64,000 bases of DNA, taken from IMG/VR virus record IMGVR_UViG_3300032007_000064; one strand, given 5' to 3'. Positions within the stretch are counted from its first letter, which is position 1. Every line of letters starts with the position of its first letter. Origin of the DNA: an uncultured virus (IMG/VR IMGVR_UViG_3300032007_000064) (taxonomy: Duplodnaviria > Heunggongvirae > Uroviricota > Caudoviricetes). Under the pieces are notes generated by a model. The model saw nothing but the letters and a program-made list of their open reading frames with translations. It made no database searches and was not told where the DNA came from. Positions 9,084 through 20,243 of the stretch are shown one piece after another. A program made the position numbers and the translations under genes.

Positions 9084-12000
9084 TTAATCACTTCCAATCC
9101 ATTTTAATGCTAAATTACTGTTACTTCTGCTTTGCCATCTCCACATACCAAAGAACAAATCCTGAACGACAATTGCTTTTGTCATATAAAACACAGAATC
9201 ATTCGTCTCCGGATCAATAGATACGTAAGCAACTTCATTATCTCCAACCTGAAACGATAATCTGTCACTTGACGCATTAAGATGTGCACCATCAGTTTTA
9301 CCAATAATTACCGTTTCTCCAAAGCTTGCAAGTACGTCTTGTCCATTTCTAATATCTATAGAATCATCATCTATGTAAACATTACGTATACCTTCTGAAT
9401 CTCCTTTACCTATATAAGCTGAATTTGAACCACTTTGAAAATTAAACCAATCTGTTCGCAATCCATTTTTATCCCACTCTCCAATGACGTTATTATTTTC
9501 GTCAAGCATACTAATGCTTCCACGTTGACCACCAGAACCACCCAGAGTTAATGTGCCACCAAAGATATAATCCGCATTTAATGTGCCAGAATTAATATAG
9601 CTTGCATTAATATAGATGCCATTTGTATCTTCGTCTAAAAACAAACCCTCTATATTTCCATTGTTTGTCAATCGATCGAATACACCACGAGGATCTAGGC
9701 TATTATCCAGATCGTCTAACGCCTCTGAAACATCATTGATTTCTTCGGCAACATCTTCGGGTGCAGGAGTCCAGTCTGATAACCGATTACTATGTTCAAC
9801 TAATATATGTGCTTTTTCATCACCAAACGTTCTATATGATACACGCATGTAATTAGCTGTAGATGGTGCAATAATATTCTGTAATGAAATATATACTTCA
9901 CCATCAGTTCCTGCGTGTTCAACTCTTGATTCAATATATGTTGACATATCTTCATCTGTGTAGAAAGCGTATCCAATCCAAGGATCAAGTTGTGATCCGG
10001 CATTTTCAGGAGTCCACGCTTGAATTGAATATGGATCACCAGCAATTACAGGTATAAAGCCACTCGTTACTGCCTTTGTATTAGCTGATGGAGGATTAAT
10101 AGTTGATGGAGTTGTGTCCAAATAACCATCAACTTGATCGCGAATAATATATAGATTACGACTACCAATCGTAAGATTGTCGATATCGTCTTGCGCAGCA
10201 GCTGCAGCTTCATCAGCTTTCATAGTCAAAACTTCTGAATATTTTCTGAATTCACCTTTATAAAATTGATATGGCGTATTTTCAACATTTAGATATACTT
10301 GATAAGTACTATATGAATCACCAATGTAAACATATATTTTGCCGTCTTCTGTTGAAGGAATTGTCTGAGTATACCAAGGATTATCAAGATAGAACAAACC
10401 ATCAGTACTATTTATCGTTCCAACTAAATATACTGCTTTATTATTTGTTAACGTTGTTCCACAATTAGTTGAATATCTAAAATCACACGCATAACTATCA
10501 TAAGGTGTGCCAGCATTTACACCAGGTTTATAGTTGTAATAATCGTCCTGCCCTTGAGTTGTAGTTTGTGTTCCATCACCTGTGATATATAAAATCGGGC
10601 CAAGAATAAACCCACCTTGATATACAGTTTTTGTAGTGGCTGTACCTTTATATGCATCTTGATAAAAACAAGTCCACGTATCCTGTGAATCCTTCATCAC
10701 GAGCGAACGACCTCTGATGCCGTTTGCACCAGCAACTACATAGTTTGAGTGTCTTGTATAAGATGTGTCACTATAATAGTTTGCATCAGCCCACCATCCT
10801 CCTGGTACGCCCGACACAATGTTTGCCTTATATGTCAAACGAATACTATTTTTTGCACCATAGTGAGTTGTAAGACGTGTAGTACCGCCATAATAACACG
10901 GCACCCATGCTGTCGTTGTGCCATCTGCAAGTGTGAGTTTTAACCATGTGTTAGAAGATGCCGATGTAACAGTTTCTGTTGGATTTAATTCGGCAGCAGA
11001 TATACCTTTACTTTGCGCTGTTTCAGATTTACTTGCATACGGAAGCCAATATGTTATTTGTAATCCATCGGTTAATTCCGTAATAGAAGAGGATGTACCA
11101 GTCCAGAAACGCGTTGATGCAGCTTGTGTACCACTTATGAATTCTGCTCCAGGTCCGGTTTCACCAGTTTCGCCATACGTGCCTGTAATATACGGGATAC
11201 CAACAGTTTGTCCATTATAATATCCAACAGTTACATCTCCAGTATCAGCCCAAATATTATTCTGTCCTTGTAAAAGAGCAATTTGATACGGTGTCACATC
11301 GTATTCTATAGGATCTGCGAGTGGATAAACAAACTGTTTACCTGTAACATAAGTTTTAAAACTCGCCGCAGACAAATCGTTCGTAGCTGCATAAGTATCA
11401 TAAATGGCAAACCTTGAATTAATAGAAACACCTATGCAATTTTCTATTCTATTGTCATATGGGTCCATATATGATCCAACAATGTAATCAGAACAGTAAG
11501 CACCAGATATAATAGTGCCATTTGTAGGCGCAGGTTTTGCATCAGATTTGTCAAAATAATAATAATGTCTTGTGTCATGCTTAACCCAATCTATATTGCC
11601 CAAGTCGATACTTGCTCTGTCTACTATAAGTTTACCTCGTGTCACATCAACATAACCGCCATATACTATCCCAACATCCGTTTGCCAATCGATAGAATAC
11701 ATAAATGCATTTTCATAACATCCTATCGAAGCATAAAGTGGAATACTAAATCTTATATATGATGCATCTTGTGAGGCTGTCCATATAGCAGAAAAATTAC
11801 CTTTTAACGCAAAATCAACATACACCTGTCTTAACCATGTTTGATTACTATCATATTCATGAACTCTTAATCTTGCTTCGCCACCAAAACTTATAATTGC
11901 TTGCACGGCATAATCCACACCAGGCGTAACAGGGATGTATTCATTTGTCTTTTTTAAATTATTAGATGATTTTGCAGAACCATCAGCATCGTAATAGCCA

Positions 12001-15000
12001 CTACTAAATGTTATATCACTTAACAAATCAGAACCTGCATTATATATATGAACACCAGTGTATCCAGATATAATACATGGATTACTTGGAGATGGATCAC
12101 CGGTCCCACCCTGAACAGGTTCTATATTAGTAATTAGCGAATCAACTGGAGATGGGTCTCCAGAATATTCAAACGACGCAACATCTCCAGTAACTGTAAT
12201 AAGTTCAGGCTGCGATTCACCTTCGCCATATCTATTAACGTAATATACCCAGAGATATTTGTTCTCCGCAGTGATCGTTTGAACTTCTCGCGTCCAACCT
12301 GGATCAGAAGTGGTAACTCCGGTCGCCCTGTTTGTAGCTAGATAATACGGTATCATCTCTGATAGAGCCATAGCATCTTCGCCTTTAATTTTAGCCCACG
12401 TATAATCGCCAACGTCCGTACTATCTTCCTGTACATTATTTGTATATGTACCAATCCAACTACCCGGATCTTCACCAGTATTACCAGTAAAAGTTTGACC
12501 ACCATCATCAGAGTACTTAACATGAAAATATGAATTAACACCATCAGATCCGGTCGCGCCGGTTGTTCCCTGTTCACCTTTGATGTTTTGTTCGTATATC
12601 CATTTTGCTGTAGAAGCATCGCCGCCAGTTGTACAAATATATACGTTTTGATTATTTGTATTTAAATAATGATCGCCGACAATTGCATCGGCGATTCCAG
12701 TTGCATATGAAGTTGGTGATGTCGATTGACCATCAATTGCTATGCCAGAGTACCACGTTGTACCTCTGTTTCCAGTTGCACCTGTGGCGCCAGTCTGACC
12801 AACTTTTCCACCAACAGTGTATGTGACAGCTGTACTCCCATCAGAGAATGTAGTCGTAGTTCTAGTCCACGCAAATTGAGTTGTCGTCGGAGCTTGCGGC
12901 GTATTTTGCCATGTACCCGTAGGTATCGTCGTTCCGTTTGTAGAAAGCTGATAAGCATATACAGTAGACGATACAGTAACTGATGTGCCAGTTGCTCCAG
13001 TAGCACCTGTTGTACCAACCTTACCACCGACTGTATAAGTTACAGCTGTACTTCCATCAGAAAACGTTGTTGTTGTACGAGTCCATGCAAATTGTGTAGT
13101 AGTAGGAGCTTGTGGAGATGTCTGCCACGTTCCGGTAGGAATAGTTGTTCCACTCGTTGATAATTGATAAGCATATACAGTAGACGATACAGTAATTGAA
13201 TCTCCTGTATCACCTTTGTCGCCTGTAGCTCCAGTAGCACCTGTGTCACCTGTATCGCCAGTTAATGATAGTGACCATGTAAATATTTTTGTAAATGACT
13301 TACCATCAGCAACAACTGGCACACTTACAGTACCACTTTTAGTTGTTAATGACGTAGTCGCACTAAATGTTAAAGTAACATTTTGTGAATTGTTATTTGT
13401 TATAGCGCAAGTTAACCCAGTTGTACCTGTAGATATTGAAGTTGCAGATGAAGATGAACCAGCATAACACGAAATTTGTGTAGCTCCTTTATATGATATC
13501 ACTTTACTTGTCGCAGTACCTGCTATAGCAGCACTAGTACCAGCTGCAAATGTATGCGATTCATTTGATAAAATAATAGTATAAGCATCTTTACCATCTG
13601 CTCCAGTTGTTCCAGTAGCACCTGTAGCACCAGACTCTCCAGTATCTCCTTTTGCTCCATCATGAACAATAGGAACTGTTTGTTGATCCAGTAATGTGGT
13701 TGTGTCTCCGGCTAAATATAAACTACACCTAATAGCAATTATATCGTCTGGTACTGTATATGTTTTAGAAGATTCATCACTTGATGATGTATATTCTACA
13801 TTCCATGTGCTATTGTTTGTCGTTGTTTCTATTTGAAAACGACCAGAGTAACTTGCAGGAGCGGTTGTTGTACCTTGACCACGCGTTGCAGTAAGAACTA
13901 TAGATGCGGGATTATATTCACCAGCCTCACTTTTCGTTATAGCTGCATGTGATACAATTAAATCATAACTATATGCTGCGGCACCAGCAGCACCGCGCAA
14001 AGATGTGCGATTACCGGCAAGTACCGTTGTTGAACCAACAGATGTAATTGTATACCTATAATACGATCTCAATATAATATCACCAACTCTAGGTTCTCCA
14101 GTTCCACCTGTTAGAGCTGAAATATTAAATGTATAATTCGGAGCAACGGCATCGGCTGTTGAAGTCCAAATATTTGCGTCAAGACCTGTATCTCCAGTAT
14201 CACCCTTATCGCCTGTACGACCAGTATCTCCAGTTTCACCAGTTGCGCCAGTATCACCATATGTACCAATAATGTGTTTATCGCTTTTAGACGTTGACGA
14301 ATCCGTATATGTAATTAATTCATAATTCCATAAATATTTATTTGTCGGCGTCACTACTTTAACCGTTGTGTCAAATGCCGAATCTGATGGAGCCGTAGTA
14401 TTTGTGCTCAAAGCATAGTATTCAGTAATAGATGAAATGCCAACACCATCATTTCCAGTGCTACCTGTTTGACCAGTGTTACCATATACAGCAACAATGT
14501 GTTTGTTTAATTTTTTTGTACTTGCATCTGTATATGTGATAAGCTCATAATTCCATAAATATCTATTTGAAACTGTAGGAGTTTTGACAGTCGTAGAAAA
14601 TTCACTATCTGCCGGAGCCGATGTACTATTGTTAACAGCATAGTACTCTGTAATTGTTGAAATACCTTTTCCGGTATCACCAGTATCACCTGTGCGACCA
14701 GTATCACCTGTAGCGCCATGTACACCTATAATTCTCTTTATCGAATCTTCCGGGCTTCCAGATGTATAAGTAATTGTTTCGTAGTTCCACAAGTATTTAT
14801 TAACTGGATCTGTTACGACCATTGTGTCAGACCAAGTTGCAGGTGGGGTAGAAGATGAGTTTGATTTTTGGTAATGTTCTGTAATGCTAACAATACCACG
14901 TCCAGTTCCACCTGCTTCACCATCTTTACCAAATCTTCCTATTATAGTAGGATCAGACTCACTAATAGCAGATCCATTAGAACCATTAATTGTTTCGTAA

Positions 15001-16004
15001 TTCCATAGATACGGCTTATTCGCATCAATAGTTTGAATTGATATAGTCCATCCTGTTGTGCCTTTAGTTACGCCACTTGATGCGTTCGTTGCAAGATAAT
15101 GATTAACAACACCGGTAATACTTATACCAGTATCACCTTTCGGACCCGTAGCACCTGTATCACCAGTTTGTCCAGTGTCGCCAGTGTCACCTGTTGCTCC
15201 ATGAACACCTATGATTCTCTTAGTTGTATCTTCTGGATTGCCTGATGTATATGTTATTGTTTCGTAATTCCATAAATACTTGTTTACAGGATCAGTTACA
15301 ACCATTGTATCCGACCATGTAGATGGAGGTGTAGAAGATGAACTAGATTTCTGATAATGTTCTATTATACTTACGATTCCACGTCCAGTACCACCAGATT
15401 GACCATCTTGACCATAACGCCCTATAATGATAGGATCCGTTTCACTGATAGTCTGTCCATTCGATCCTGTAATTGTTTCGTAATTCCACAGGTATTGATT
15501 TGTTGCTGTCATTGTCTGCACAGTTATTGTCCACCCCTGTGTATTCTTAGTCACGCCACTAGAAGCACTTGTTGCCAGATAATGGTTGGTTACACCTGTA
15601 ATACTGACACTATCAGCAATCTCACTGTACTTTTTCGGAGGTGTAAATAACTGCGATGAATAGATTACGAGTCCATCTGATATCATATATTGCGACAGAA
15701 TAATGTCATCGCTTTCGCTCCAAGTCCATGTAGACCTTGCTGATGGCACACCTGAAGCAGAGTACGTATTTGCCTCCCACAATCCAGTAGAAGAATTTAA
15801 TGCGATATCATGAAATTTTGAATCAGTCAAACTAAATACGTTATATATCACCGTATAGAACGGCATAGTATTTCCAGGATTAAGCCACAATCCATGAGGG
15901 ATAGTCACAATTTCGCCGTTCCATTGAACCCATCCATCTAATGTATAATCCGCATTTCCTTCTTCATCAAATCCATGATAGGAATAGTTTATTGTGGCGC
16001 TCAT
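9084..16004 (-). CDS. Large tail fibre/host-specificity protein with collagen-like GxT segments
   Basis: Repeated YLWNYE(T/L)IT domains, many GDTGATG runs, GDPSP module, INASYINSGTL beta repeat; RBS favours ATG 16004 (track start 16025). Confidence 0.85.
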   Translation of the reverse strand: MSATINYSYHGFDEEGNADYTLDGWVQWNGEIVTIPHGLWLNPGNTMPFYTVIYNVFSLTDSKFHDIALNSSTGLWEANTYSASGVPSARSTWTWSESDDIILSQYMISDGLVIYSSQLFTPPKKYSEIADSVSITGVTNHYLATSASSGVTKNTQGWTITVQTMTATNQYLWNYETITGSNGQTISETDPIIIGRYGQDGQSGGTGRGIVSIIEHYQKSSSSSTPPSTWSDTMVVTDPVNKYLWNYETITYTSGNPEDTTKRIIGVHGATGDTGDTGQTGDTGATGPKGDTGISITGVVNHYLATNASSGVTKGTTGWTISIQTIDANKPYLWNYETINGSNGSAISESDPTIIGRFGKDGEAGGTGRGIVSITEHYQKSNSSSTPPATWSDTMVVTDPVNKYLWNYETITYTSGSPEDSIKRIIGVHGATGDTGRTGDTGDTGKGISTITEYYAVNNSTSAPADSEFSTTVKTPTVSNRYLWNYELITYTDASTKKLNKHIVAVYGNTGQTGSTGNDGVGISSITEYYALSTNTTAPSDSAFDTTVKVVTPTNKYLWNYELITYTDSSTSKSDKHIIGTYGDTGATGETGDTGRTGDKGDTGDTGLDANIWTSTADAVAPNYTFNISALTGGTGEPRVGDIILRSYYRYTITSVGSTTVLAGNRTSLRGAAGAAAYSYDLIVSHAAITKSEAGEYNPASIVLTATRGQGTTTAPASYSGRFQIETTTNNSTWNVEYTSSSDESSKTYTVPDDIIAIRCSLYLAGDTTTLLDQQTVPIVHDGAKGDTGESGATGATGTTGADGKDAYTIILSNESHTFAAGTSAAIAGTATSKVISYKGATQISCYAGSSSSATSISTGTTGLTCAITNNNSQNVTLTFSATTSLTTKSGTVSVPVVADGKSFTKIFTWSLSLTGDTGDTGATGATGDKGDTGDSITVSSTVYAYQLSTSGTTIPTGTWQTSPQAPTTTQFAWTRTTTTFSDGSTAVTYTVGGKVGTTGATGATGTSVTVSSTVYAYQLSTNGTTIPTGTWQNTPQAPTTTQFAWTRTTTTFSDGSTAVTYTVGGKVGQTGATGATGNRGTTWYSGIAIDGQSTSPTSYATGIADAIVGDHYLNTNNQNVYICTTGGDASTAKWIYEQNIKGEQGTTGATGSDGVNSYFHVKYSDDGGQTFTGNTGEDPGSWIGTYTNNVQEDSTDVGDYTWAKIKGEDAMALSEMIPYYLATNRATGVTTSDPGWTREVQTITAENKYLWVYYVNRYGEGESQPELITVTGDVASFEYSGDPSPVDSLITNIEPVQGGTGDPSPSNPCIISGYTGVHIYNAGSDLLSDITFSSGYYDADGSAKSSNNLKKTNEYIPVTPGVDYAVQAIISFGGEARLRVHEYDSNQTWLRQVYVDFALKGNFSAIWTASQDASYIRFSIPLYASIGCYENAFMYSIDWQTDVGIVYGGYVDVTRGKLIVDRASIDLGNIDWVKHDTRHYYYFDKSDAKPAPTNGTIISGAYCSDYIVGSYMDPYDNRIENCIGVSINSRFAIYDTYAATNDLSAASFKTYVTGKQFVYPLADPIEYDVTPYQIALLQGQNNIWADTGDVTVGYYNGQTVGIPYITGTYGETGETGPGAEFISGTQAASTRFWTGTSSSITELTDGLQITYWLPYASKSETAQSKGISAAELNPTETVTSASSNTWLKLTLADGTTTAWVPCYYGGTTRLTTHYGAKNSIRLTYKANIVSGVPGGWWADANYYSDTSYTRHSNYVVAGANGIRGRSLVMKDSQDTWTCFYQDAYKGTATTKTVYQGGFILGPILYITGDGTQTTTQGQDDYYNYKPGVNAGTPYDSYACDFRYSTNCGTTLTNNKAVYLVGTINSTDGLFYLDNPWYTQTIPSTEDGKIYVYIGDSYSTYQVYLNVENTPYQFYKGEFRKYSEVLTMKADEAAAAAQDDIDNLTIGSRNLYIIRDQVDGYLDTTPSTINPPSANTKAVTSGFIPVIAGDPYSIQAWTPENAGSQLDPWIGYAFYTDEDMSTYIESRVEHAGTDGEVYISLQNIIAPSTANYMRVSYRTFGDEKAHILVEHSNRLSDWTPAPEDVAEEINDVSEALDDLDNSLDPRGVFDRLTNNGNIEGLFLDEDTNGIYINASYINSGTLNADYIFGGTLTLGGSGGQRGSISMLDENNNVIGEWDKNGLRTDWFNFQSGSNSAYIGKGDSEGIRNVYIDDDSIDIRNGQDVLASFGETVIIGKTDGAHLNASSDRLSFQVGDNEVAYVSIDPETNDSVFYMTKAIVVQDLFFGMWRWQSRSNSNLALKWIGSD
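12800..13200. repeat. Tandem duplication of a ~73-codon domain in the fibre gene
   Basis: Two near-identical copies of TVSSTVYAYQLST.GTTIPTGTWQ..PQAPTTTQFAWTRTTTTFSDGSTAVTYTVGGKVG. Confidence 0.85.
14700..15610. repeat. Duplicated two-domain block in the fibre gene
   Basis: SITGV.NHYLAT..SSGVTK...YLWNYETI...GGTGRGIVSI.EHYQKS...RIIGVHGATGDTG occurs twice. Confidence 0.8.
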
Positions 16005-19000
16005 TATGACACCCCTTTCTTCCATCCTAATCCATATGATCCGGCAGTATTCATAATCGCTCGCGTCGTCTTCTTAGACAAACTCTGCATTAAATTATAT
16101 GTAGAATCGCCAGCTGTAATCACAAGCGAACTACCGGATATTCTTACTCGTCCTTGATTGTCTATGTATATGTATCGTGTTGCTGTACCATCGCCATTAT
16201 CACGCTGCACAGTAAACACGTTTTGATTTGCTCCAGTATCGCCAGTTTCTCCGGCGACAGCTGTAATTGTTACACCTTCATTATTTGCAATAAACGAACC
16301 TGATTCGTTATAAATTCCCAAGTCATTACCCAAGATGATGTTACCGACGATCTTCTCAGCAATGACACCATATCCTTCTCTATAATCACCTTCATACGGA
16401 TCATAATAAGTAAATGCACCGACACCAGCTTTAGCTGTAAGCCAATTATCATTTGTGAAATACAGACCTTTGTTAATGATTTTGATTTGTTCTGGAGAGT
16501 ATTCATCTGTATATTCACCCATTTGTCTCATAAGCAAACCAGTATCATCAATCAATAAGTTCTGATTATCAGCGTTTGCAATTTTTTTATTTGTCAAATA
16601 CAATCCATTTTCGATCATATTTGTAATTGCTGCATTTGCTTTTTGACCGCTGCCTGCTTGCCTTGCGGTTGTAGAATAGGATGTTGCCATTGATTTCGAC
16701 TTCGACAAAATATCCTGAATATCTGACATCGATCCCAATCCATATGTCACATCAGAAAATTCAACATCGATTGTTTGTAATTCATCATATGTAACTACGT
16801 AATCAGTCATACGAAGTTTGAATATTTTGCCATCAATTTCAATTCGCAGCCAGTTACCAACTTTAAAGCGAGAAAGGAGAGGAGAGAAGACTGAATCTTT
16901 GTTAATTGTGTAGCTGTGACCGTTGATATAAATCATTTCATCATCGTCTACAGTCGTGTCGTCTTCATTAAATAAAAGAAGGTTGTTCAAACTGCATGTG
17001 ATCGTATGCTGAAGGGTAGCAGCCTTTACAAGATCGCGCTGAGCACGCTTCAAAAACTCCTGTGCATTCTCAACAATCTTTTCATCCGACAAACCATCGG
17101 AGATATAGTTATTGTTTGAATATTCATCATCTCGTCTAAACGAACAAAACTCACCCCACAGTTCTTCTCCAAGATACGTCCTCAGATCAAGTACAGCGCC
17201 TATACGTTTTCTTTCTTCTTCAATAGCTTCGAGAGCATTATTGGTTATATTAACTTCGCCTTCACGCTCAGCTAACTCAAGCTCAATGAGAGTGCTCTTA
17301 TTATAATAAGGAAGATAAATACTCGTGTATGTATCTCCATATATAGAAGATCCCTCTGTAGCACATCCCTGTTCGATCAAAACATCAAGACAAGAACGAG
17401 CGATTGCAGAAAGCATCGCAAGATTATCCTGACTATATAAAGAAAGCGCTGATGCAAATGCTGCATCATTCAATTCAAAAAGAGCTACCGTTCCGGTAGC
17501 ATCTTTGCCGTCTTTCTTCATCGTCTTCTCTAGAAGGGTCTTCAAATAATCTATTGTCGCTCCAGTAACTTGTATTGTGATCTGTTCTGTATCCGCTGTA
17601 TCATTTGAGTCAGCATACATTGCCAGCGTAAGTACACCCGTCCATACGTGTGTGGTTGCGTTATAAGATGAAGATTTAACTTTTACGCTACATGCTGAAG
17701 AGTTAAAGAATACTTTCGAATAATTAATTACAGCAGAATTAACTGTAGACGCAGAAGCAATCTCAGCATTTTGAATACCCATCGGAGATAGAACAGAAGA
17801 TGTAAGCTTCGCGGCCTCAGCCTCAGCGGTTGTATTTTCAGAAGGCGGTGCAGTCGGAAACAATGATGTTTTCAAATATGAATTGAGCGATACTGCTTTG
17901 TAATAGAAATCAGTTAAGTTCTTAAAACCAATAATTGGATAGTCTATCGGTTCAAGATCTGTTTTGATAGGACTGTATTTCGTTATCAAAGCATTGTACG
18001 AAGTTACGATACCTTCAGGAATAGACATCGTTTCAGTATCTTCATAAGCCGCAAACTCTGCATCATATGCCTCAATTGCAGAACGCAAACTCGGTGACAT
18101 ATCATTTTTCAAATCGTCACTAAAGTACCACACATATTGCGAACGAGCAGGATTCACATTTCGGACCGCTGCCGTCATCACATCATCGCCAGCCTCAAGC
18201 CTGAAACAATTCTTTACATCATCTGCGTTCGATTCATATGAAATCTCAGACGTGAAATTATCTTTGTTAATAAAGATACCGCTGTTTTCGCCATATCCAG
18301 GTTTGATGTTAGTCGAACCGCATTTCGTACACACGCCATCAGAAAACGACCCGCGTTCACCACAATCCAAACATACGTCGTTCAAATCGTAAAGTGAGAT
18401 AGTACGATGTATCTTACCATCATCTAGCGTAGATAAACCATATATGAAGAGGCACTCAACTTCTTCGGCTATGTCATCAAACGCGCCTTTTATATCTGAA
18501 TCTTTCCAAGAGAACTGTCTTTGAAGCATCGCAATAGATCCATCAACGTGATGAATAGAATAGTGTGACGCCTTATCTTTCAACAGTCTATCCAAAAGAG
18601 ATGCTTCTGGATTGTTCTCATCGTATATCTTTGTCTGCACGTAATCAGGACGTGCAATATCATCTTCTGTATTGATTTCAATATCATGCAAAGAGAGTTG
18701 ACTTAATTCAGTTTCCTGAATGTGAAAACACTCACAGTGCTTTATAGTTTCATTGTTCTCATCAATTGTTACATGCAGTTCATACCAAGGATTAAAATCG
18801 CTTGAATCAAGAGCAGGTACATAAATCAATCTAAAATCTTTGACATCATCCCAAAGATCACAAACAGTCCCATCAGTTTCTTTGTGGACATCAAATGAAA
18901 GCTCTGGTGCTTCCATCAAATGATTGGAATTAACCAGAGCATTAACATTTTGAAGTACACCAATTTTACTTCCGCTTCTATAAGCGATGACCACATCTGG

Positions 19001-19057
19001 ATAAACTGGATTGCGATGTTCGTCAATCTCTATGATGTCGCCATATAAATTATTCAA
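16004..19057 (-). CDS. Tal-like tail tip/baseplate hub protein
   Basis: 1017 aa, directly after Dit; TTG start; NKGLYFTNDNWLTAKAGVG and GVIAEKIVG motifs typical of siphophage tail-tip proteins. Confidence 0.7.
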   Translation of the reverse strand: MNNLYGDIIEIDEHRNPVYPDVVIAYRSGSKIGVLQNVNALVNSNHLMEAPELSFDVHKETDGTVCDLWDDVKDFRLIYVPALDSSDFNPWYELHVTIDENNETIKHCECFHIQETELSQLSLHDIEINTEDDIARPDYVQTKIYDENNPEASLLDRLLKDKASHYSIHHVDGSIAMLQRQFSWKDSDIKGAFDDIAEEVECLFIYGLSTLDDGKIHRTISLYDLNDVCLDCGERGSFSDGVCTKCGSTNIKPGYGENSGIFINKDNFTSEISYESNADDVKNCFRLEAGDDVMTAAVRNVNPARSQYVWYFSDDLKNDMSPSLRSAIEAYDAEFAAYEDTETMSIPEGIVTSYNALITKYSPIKTDLEPIDYPIIGFKNLTDFYYKAVSLNSYLKTSLFPTAPPSENTTAEAEAAKLTSSVLSPMGIQNAEIASASTVNSAVINYSKVFFNSSACSVKVKSSSYNATTHVWTGVLTLAMYADSNDTADTEQITIQVTGATIDYLKTLLEKTMKKDGKDATGTVALFELNDAAFASALSLYSQDNLAMLSAIARSCLDVLIEQGCATEGSSIYGDTYTSIYLPYYNKSTLIELELAEREGEVNITNNALEAIEEERKRIGAVLDLRTYLGEELWGEFCSFRRDDEYSNNNYISDGLSDEKIVENAQEFLKRAQRDLVKAATLQHTITCSLNNLLLFNEDDTTVDDDEMIYINGHSYTINKDSVFSPLLSRFKVGNWLRIEIDGKIFKLRMTDYVVTYDELQTIDVEFSDVTYGLGSMSDIQDILSKSKSMATSYSTTARQAGSGQKANAAITNMIENGLYLTNKKIANADNQNLLIDDTGLLMRQMGEYTDEYSPEQIKIINKGLYFTNDNWLTAKAGVGAFTYYDPYEGDYREGYGVIAEKIVGNIILGNDLGIYNESGSFIANNEGVTITAVAGETGDTGANQNVFTVQRDNGDGTATRYIYIDNQGRVRISGSSLVITAGDSTYNLMQSLSKKTTRAIMNTAGSYGLGWKKGVS

Positions 19058-19896
19058 TCGAACACCGCCTTTGCTATTGGATTGTATGTGATTTCGTATT
19101 CACATGGCAGACTAAATGTTAATTCATTTTCACTTGTATCATATGAATTATGGATACGGACAAACTTATAATTGAAGCAATCGTATATTGCATGGTTTGC
19201 ATCACTTGTTGAAATTTGAAGAAAGTGATTCATATGAATCACTTCATCCTGTGTGCAATCTGTAATCAAAGTTGTCCTACCGTCAAATGAATTTGTTATT
19301 GAAAGATCACCATCTTCCAAAACTGTCAGTTTAATATCTGGATAAATAAATCCTTCCTCATCGCTTGTGTCTCTGATAAGGATTGCTTCTTCACCTGTGT
19401 TCCCCGTAGCTCCAGTTTCTCCTGTATCTCCGGTTGTACCAGAAACAGTACCGGAAAGAATAACTTTATCTCTATAACCCCACGGAGCTACAGAGTTAAA
19501 TGTCAAATTAAATCCAAGAATATCTCCGCCGAAACGGTATTCTTCTACATTAAATGTGCCTTCCCAAAACACGTTGTAATAATCTTCGTCAACAATCCTG
19601 AAAACTTCAGGCTTTGGTGATTCAAGCCAACGTTTAAGTCTAACCGTTTCATATTGCGAAACAAATGGGTCAGCTGTATCTGGGTCTTTACAAATAGAAA
19701 TTTGAATCACAAGACCAGCATCGTATGTATAATAAAGTATCGGGGTTCTACGTCCACCCCTCATAGACATGGATGTAAATGTACGCTGGGAGTCTGTTTG
19801 AACACCGCCTGCGGAAGAACCGCCGTTGAAATCACACATCACATATCCATGATCTTGCAGGGTCTCTCCCCTAAAAATAAAATCACATTTATCCAC
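19054..19896 (-). CDS. Distal tail protein (Dit)
   Basis: Position after the tape measure; DFIFRGE..LKRWL..FNSVAPWGY..IYPDIK pattern; internal GTTGDTGETGATGNTG insertion. Confidence 0.7.
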   Translation of the reverse strand: MDKCDFIFRGETLQDHGYVMCDFNGGSSAGGVQTDSQRTFTSMSMRGGRRTPILYYTYDAGLVIQISICKDPDTADPFVSQYETVRLKRWLESPKPEVFRIVDEDYYNVFWEGTFNVEEYRFGGDILGFNLTFNSVAPWGYRDKVILSGTVSGTTGDTGETGATGNTGEEAILIRDTSDEEGFIYPDIKLTVLEDGDLSITNSFDGRTTLITDCTQDEVIHMNHFLQISTSDANHAIYDCFNYKFVRIHNSYDTSENELTFSLPCEYEITYNPIAKAVFD

Positions 19897-19908
19897 GTCA
19901 AATACCTC

Positions 19909-20196
19909 TTATTTCTGTTTTTTAATTCGTTTAAGTTGTTCCTTAAATTTCTTTGTATATTCAGCGCCAGTCTCCATTACTTTGTGTAATGAGTCATTAT
20001 ATCTATCACGCATATCCCTGACTTCTTCGATAAGCTTCTCATATTCAGCACGAGCATCTTCAGCGATATTTAATTTCTCTTTTAGCTCTGCATTTTTTTC
20101 TTCAAGATCCTTCTTTTCCTTTTTCAAAGAATCAACTTGATTCTGCAGCATTTCGATATGGCGTCTTAATCTTTTTATTCTATAATCTTTATCCAT
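19909..20196 (-). CDS. Small coiled-coil hypothetical protein
   Basis: Heptad-rich ORF; RBS favours ATG 20196 (MDKDYR). Confidence 0.6.
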   Translation of the reverse strand: MDKDYRIKRLRRHIEMLQNQVDSLKKEKKDLEEKNAELKEKLNIAEDARAEYEKLIEEVRDMRDRYNDSLHKVMETGAEYTKKFKEQLKRIKKQK

Positions 20197-20212
20197 CCTT
20201 TTACCCTCAATA

Positions 20213-20243
20213 TGTGAGAGGGGAGAAGATCTCCCCTCATCAC
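20213..20243. terminator. Hairpin after the tape-measure stop
   Basis: GAGGGGAGA-AGA-TCTCCCCTC stem. Confidence 0.4.

Noticed and set aside
1..16004. Diversity-generating retroelement acting on the fibre genes
   Set aside because: No reverse transcriptase and no TR/VR pair differing only at adenines was seen in this window
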